64,000 bases of DNA from Mycoplasmatota bacterium (GTDB lineage Bacteria > Bacillota_I > Bacilli_A > MAG-NZ), in assembly GCA_018394315.1 (NCBI GenBank), contig CP074575.1, positions 1,582,615 through 1,646,614 of the forward strand. Reading direction: 5' to 3'. This document shows positions 62,965 through 64,000 of this stretch, in pieces (position 1 is the stretch's first letter; the number at the start of each line of letters is the position of its first letter). Made by a program: the position numbers and the translations under genes. A model generated the notes under the pieces. That model saw only the letters and a program-made list of their open reading frames with translations, did not search any database and was not told the DNA's origin.

Positions 62965-63675
62965 TTAAAATAGATTTATATAGTATTCTAATAAAGAGTC
63001 ACCGTAAAAATAAGCAATAAATGCGCCAACCGTAATAAATGGAACAAATGGTATATATAAAGTCTCCTTATTAATTTTTTGAGCTATTAATCCGAAAACA
63101 AGCCCAAATACCGATGCAAAGAAAACTGATAAAAAGGTCAACTTAACCCCTAATACTAAACCTATTATAGCATATAATTTAATGTCTCCTCCACCTAAAA
63201 CTTCTTGCTTATATAATTTCTCGCCAACGGTCGATAGAACATAAAAGAATGTGAATGCTACCAGCATTCCTAAATATGCATCAAACCATACTTCACGTGT
63301 TATAAATATCCTTAAAAATCCAATTAGAGTTAGAAAAATAATTATTAACTCGTCTGGCACAATTTTATCAAGTATATCTGAAACACTAACACTAACCATA
63401 AGTAAAATAAATAAATAACCTATATTTAATTCGTTTGTAGAACCAAATAATCCATATGATATATTTACTAATAGAATAGCAACTAAAACAGAAATCAGAT
63501 ATAAAAACTTATTATCTTTTCCACATTCACACTTTAAGTAGTAATTATATACTTTATCTCCACAATTATAACATTTTAGACCCCTAAAGATTTCTTTTCT
63601 ATCTACAACATTACTTCCTAGAAAAACACTTAATATCCCTATAATAATACCAATTACCATTCTTGATATAAACAT
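62965..63675 (-). CDS. pilD: Prepilin peptidase (A24 family)
   Basis: N-terminal CxxC..CxC, SVSDILDKIVPD, LGGGDIKL, IPFVPFI. Confidence 0.88.
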   Translation of the reverse strand: MFISRMVIGIIIGILSVFLGSNVVDRKEIFRGLKCYNCGDKVYNYYLKCECGKDNKFLYLISVLVAILLVNISYGLFGSTNELNIGYLFILLMVSVSVSDILDKIVPDELIIIFLTLIGFLRIFITREVWFDAYLGMLVAFTFFYVLSTVGEKLYKQEVLGGGDIKLYAIIGLVLGVKLTFLSVFFASVFGLVFGLIAQKINKETLYIPFVPFITVGAFIAYFYGDSLLEYYINLF

Positions 63676-63746
63676 ACATTTTCCCCTCTACTGAAATTAT
63701 TATATTTAAATATATTATTATAATAAAAGACAAGAAACTGACTAGT

Positions 63747-63775
63747 AAAAAAGATTTCATCTAAATGAAATCTTT
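63747..63775 (-). terminator. Terminator after the partial pilin-like gene
   Basis: AAAGATTTCAT/ATGAAATCTTT stem plus T-run on minus strand. Confidence 0.75.
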
Positions 63776-63793
63776 AATATAATCAAATAAGAA

Positions 63794-64000
63794 TTAAGCT
63801 GATGGTGCTACCCAAGTATGATCTACTCCATCGTAAGTTAATGTCCCATCCGCTGTAGTAACAATAACTACCTTAGTAATTTTACCAGAAGATCCTTGTG
63901 GTGTGATAGTAACACTAGTATATTCAGTAAAATCTTTGTTTAAATAATCAGGCATATCAGCAACAGCGAAGTTAGTTGTTCCGCAATCTTCTTGAATACA
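63794..64000 (-). CDS. 3' end of a gene starting outside the window; possibly a type IV pilin
   Basis: Open frame CIQEDCGTTNFAVADMPDYLNKDF...DGTLTYDGVDHTWVAPSA*; pilin identity inferred only from position upstream of pilD and from composition. Confidence 0.5.
   Translation of the reverse strand, partial: CIQEDCGTTNFAVADMPDYLNKDFTEYTSVTITPQGSSGKITKVVIVTTADGTLTYDGVDHTWVAPSA

Overview
AT-rich bacterial chromosomal segment, genetic code 11, with almost all genes on the minus strand. Gene order and content point to a Bacillota/Bacilli-related, probably anaerobic lineage; a Haloplasmatales/Izemoplasmatales-like placement is an inference only. The right half (39-64 kb) is a conserved core block: a partial pilin-like gene, pilD-pilM-pilN-pilO, ispG, rpmG, hrcA-grpE-dnaK-dnaJ with two CIRCE boxes, mtaB, rpsU, yqfC-yqfD-phoH-ybeY-cdd-era-yqzL-recO, and glyS-dnaG-rpoD-trmK. 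The centre holds a complete glycine reductase operon (grdX-trxB-trxA-grdE-grdA-grdB-grdC-grdD). In it, grdA and grdB are selenoproteins that the ORF track splits at in-frame TGA codons, and an ISL3 transposase remnant lies immediately downstream. The left half is accessory: transporters, a CdaR/PucR regulator with a structured leader, a split acyl-CoA dehydratase activase pair, and a MacAB/YknXYZ-like exporter with a two-component system. Two modules are the best candidates for undescribed systems. The first is a class I c-di-GMP riboswitch controlling two large acidic surface proteins, one built from an unrecognised ~160-200 aa repeat. The second is a CRP/FNR-box-controlled operon of NifU, a signal-peptide-less substrate-binding-like protein, a Cys-rich G3E GTPase and an ABC ATPase, with no permease visible in the window. 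No rRNA, tRNA or CRISPR array was recognised.
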